Source: Pseudomonas aeruginosa (GTDB lineage Bacteria; Pseudomonadota; Gammaproteobacteria; Pseudomonadales; Pseudomonadaceae). Taken from it: 32,000 bases of DNA. Shown in pieces: positions 29,821 to 32,000 of the stretch. The stretch lies in assembly GCF_001457615.1 (NCBI RefSeq), contig NZ_LN831024.1:540001-572000 (forward strand), in the 5' to 3' direction. Made by a program: the position numbers and the translations under genes. Position 1 is the stretch's first letter. Each line of letters begins with the position of its first letter. The notes beneath the pieces were generated by a model, which saw only the letters and a program-made list of their open reading frames with translations, searched no databases and was not told where the DNA came from.

Positions 29821-30603
29821 ATGCGGGACGCGACACCCTTCTACGAGGCCACCGGCCATGAGATCGAAGTCTTCGAGCGCGCCTGGCGGCACGGCCTGCC
29901 GGTATTGCTCAAGGGCCCCACCGGTTGCGGCAAGACCCGCTTCGTCCAGTACATGGCGCGGCGCCTGGAACTGCCGCTGTACAGCGTCGCCTGCCACGAC
30001 GACCTGGGCGCCGCCGACCTGCTCGGCCGCCATCTGATCGGCGCCGACGGCACCTGGTGGCAGGACGGCCCGCTGACCCGCGCGGTGCGCGAAGGCGGTA
30101 TCTGCTACCTGGACGAAGTGGTGGAGGCGCGCCAGGACACCACGGTCGCCATCCACCCGCTGGCCGACGACCGCCGCGAGCTGTACCTGGAGCGCACCGG
30201 CGAGACGTTGCAGGCGCCGCCTTCGTTCATGCTGGTGGTGTCCTACAACCCCGGCTACCAGAATCTGCTCAAGGGCCTGAAGCCCAGCACCCGGCAGCGT
30301 TTCGTCGCGTTGCGCTTCGACTACCCGGCGGCGCAGCAGGAGGCACGCATCCTGGTCGGCGAGAGCGGTTGTGCCGAGGCCCTGGCGCAGCGCCTGGTGC
30401 AGTTGGGCCAGGCGCTGCGGCGGCTGGAGCAGCACGACCTGGAGGAAGTCGCCTCGACCCGCCTGCTGATCTTCGCCGCGCGCCTCATCGGCGACGGCAT
30501 GGACCCGCGCGAGGCGTGCCGGGTGGCGCTGGCCGAACCGCTCTCGGACGATCCGGCGACGGTGGCGGCGCTGATGGACATCGTCGATCTCCATGTCGCC
30601 TGA
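29821..30603 (+). CDS. nirQ: MoxR/CbbQ-type AAA+ ATPase for denitrification enzyme maturation
   Basis: 260 aa. Walker A GPTGCGKT and Walker B CYLDEV. Divergent from nirS. Confidence 0.92.
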   Translation: MRDATPFYEATGHEIEVFERAWRHGLPVLLKGPTGCGKTRFVQYMARRLELPLYSVACHDDLGAADLLGRHLIGADGTWWQDGPLTRAVREGGICYLDEVVEARQDTTVAIHPLADDRRELYLERTGETLQAPPSFMLVVSYNPGYQNLLKGLKPSTRQRFVALRFDYPAAQQEARILVGESGCAEALAQRLVQLGQALRRLEQHDLEEVASTRLLIFAARLIGDGMDPREACRVALAEPLSDDPATVAALMDIVDLHVA

Positions 30604-31165
30604 TACCGTCGAGCGGCGCCTGCCCGGCGACCTGGCGATGTGGTTCTTCATCCTCGCCGAACTCAGCGTGTTCAGCCTGCTGCTGCTGGCGTTCGCCGGC
30701 GCCCAGGCCTGGCAGCCGGAGCTGTTCCGTGCCGGCCGGGAGCAACTGGATAGCCGCTGGGGCCTGTTGCTGACCGTGGCCCTGCTCAGCTCCGGCTGGC
30801 TCGCCGCGCTGGCGGTGCATGCGGTGCGCCGCGGACGGCCGCGCCAGGCGAGCGGCTGGTTGCTGGCGGCGCTGCTGCTGGCGCTGGTCTACGTCGGCCT
30901 GAAGCTGCACGAGTACGGGCGGCTCGCCGATCTCGGCCTGGACATCGAGCACGACACTTTCTTCACCCTCTACTGGTGCCTGACCGGCTTCCATTTCCTC
31001 CACGTCCTGCTCGGCCTGCTGATCCTCGGCTGGCTGGCGCAGGCCTGCTGGCGCCGGTGTTATACGCCGCAGGCTTGCTCGGGACTGGAGTCGGGAGTGC
31101 TCTACTGGCACATGGTCGACCTGGTCTGGGTGCTGCTGTTCCCGCTGGTCTACGTCCTGCAATGA
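30593..31165 (+). CDS. nirO: cytochrome c oxidase subunit III-like membrane protein (NorE family)
   Basis: 190 aa, multi-pass hydrophobic, with a subunit-III-like segment (TLYWCLTGFHFLHVLLG..YWHMVDLVWVLLFPLVY). The start overlaps the nirQ 3' end by 11 nt. Confidence 0.8.
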   Translation: MSPDTVERRLPGDLAMWFFILAELSVFSLLLLAFAGAQAWQPELFRAGREQLDSRWGLLLTVALLSSGWLAALAVHAVRRGRPRQASGWLLAALLLALVYVGLKLHEYGRLADLGLDIEHDTFFTLYWCLTGFHFLHVLLGLLILGWLAQACWRRCYTPQACSGLESGVLYWHMVDLVWVLLFPLVYVLQ

Positions 31166-31166
31166 G

Positions 31167-31430
31167 GTGCCTATGCGAACCCTGACCCTCTGCTGGCTGG
31201 CGTTGCTGGCGCTGGCCGTGGCCGGTGTGCTGCTGGGCGGCGCCGGCGACTCTCCCTGGCTGCTGGCGGCGGTGCTGGCCTGCGCGGTGGCCAAGGGCTG
31301 GCTGATCGGCGAGCGCTTCATGGAGCTGGCCCATGCCCCGGCGCTATGGCGCCGCCTGCTGCTGGCCTGGCCGCTGCTGATGGCCCTGGCGGTGGGCGCT
31401 GCGCTGTACCTGGCGCGGATGAATAACTGA
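31167..31430 (+). CDS. nirP: small integral membrane protein
   Basis: 85-87 aa with three hydrophobic helices. Start is GTG 31167 or ATG 31173, with GAGG at 31164..31167. Begins directly after the nirO stop. Confidence 0.6.
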   Translation: MPMRTLTLCWLALLALAVAGVLLGGAGDSPWLLAAVLACAVAKGWLIGERFMELAHAPALWRRLLLAWPLLMALAVGAALYLARMNN

Positions 31431-31448
31431 GTAAATCGTTCGGGAATC

Positions 31449-31491
31449 TTGATTGCCATCAAGCGGGTTCGCCGCCGCCGCTTCCTAGAAT
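31449..31491 (+). promoter_or_regulatory. norCB promoter: perfect FNR-type (DNR) box plus -10 element
   Basis: TTGATtgccATCAA at 31449..31462 (centre 31455.5). TAGAAT at 31486..31491 places the start near 31497, so the box is at about -41.5. Confidence 0.8.
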
Positions 31492-31519
31492 CGCCGCACC
31501 ACCCATTCCAGGAGGCCGC

Positions 31520-31960
31520 ATGTCCGAGACCTTTACCAAAGGCATGGCCAGGAACATCTATTTCGGCGGGAGTGTGTTCTTCATCCTGCTGTTCCTGGCC
31601 CTGACCTACCACACCGAGAAAACCCTGCCCGAGCGCACCAACGAGGCCGCGATGAGCGCCGCGGTGGTGCGCGGCAAGCTGGTCTGGGAGCAGAACAACT
31701 GCGTCGGCTGCCACACCCTGCTCGGGGAGGGCGCCTACTTCGCGCCGGAGCTGGGCAACGTGGTCGGACGCCGTGGCGGCGAGGAGGGCTTCAACACCTT
31801 CCTCCAGGCCTGGATGAAGATCCAGCCGCTGAACGTGCCGGGCCGCCGCGCCATGCCGCAGTTCCATCTCAGCGAGGGCCAGGTCGACGACCTGGCCGAG
31901 TTCCTCAAGTGGAGCTCGAAGATCGATACCAACCAATGGCCGCCGAACAAGGAGGGTTGA
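31520..31960 (+). CDS. norC: nitric oxide reductase cytochrome c subunit
   Basis: 146 aa. N-terminal membrane anchor and heme motif CVGCHT. AGGAGG RBS at 31510. Confidence 0.95.
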   Translation: MSETFTKGMARNIYFGGSVFFILLFLALTYHTEKTLPERTNEAAMSAAVVRGKLVWEQNNCVGCHTLLGEGAYFAPELGNVVGRRGGEEGFNTFLQAWMKIQPLNVPGRRAMPQFHLSEGQVDDLAEFLKWSSKIDTNQWPPNKEG

Positions 31961-32000
31961 TGATGTCGCCCAATGGCTCCCTGAAATTCGCCTCGCAGGC
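31960..32000 (+). CDS. norB: nitric oxide reductase large subunit, 5' end only (runs off window)
   Basis: The ATG at 31960 overlaps the last base of the norC TGA. It reads MMSPNGSLKFASQ.., preceded by GGAGGG. Confidence 0.8.
   Translation, partial: MMSPNGSLKFASQ

Overview
High-GC gamma-proteobacterial chromosome. From memory, with no database access, the gene order and several protein sequences (cytochrome c551, cd1 nitrite reductase, BioB, NorB N-terminus) match Pseudomonas aeruginosa PAO1, roughly PA0490 to PA0524. Left to right: (1) a small membrane protein and a LysR regulator on the minus strand. (2) A divergent 5-gene plus-strand operon: LamB/PxpA-like protein, an 82-aa BCCP, biotin carboxylase, and KipI/KipA-like subunits. 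This looks like a split urea-carboxylase-like biotin enzyme of unknown substrate. (3) A visibly lower-GC islet of about 3.3 kb on the minus strand, with a PapD-like chaperone and two tandem FimH-like two-domain adhesin paralogs. One paralog is broken by a 1-nt frameshift, and there is no usher or major pilin. An AT-rich control region follows. (4) bioBFHCD. (5) A 76-aa orphan ORF. (6) Three tandem ~600-aa acyl-CoA dehydrogenase paralogs, each with its own terminator; only the first has PsrA-type operators. (7) A REP-like repeat cluster. (8) The denitrification genes nirSMCFDLGHJEN (minus strand), with divergent nirQOP and the start of norCB (plus strand), including FNR-type ANR/DNR boxes at the expected class-II spacing. 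The least characterised parts are the usher-less chaperone/adhesin islet and the biotin-dependent KipI/KipA/LamB operon. Most other long ORFs in the track are antisense or alternate-frame artefacts of high GC.
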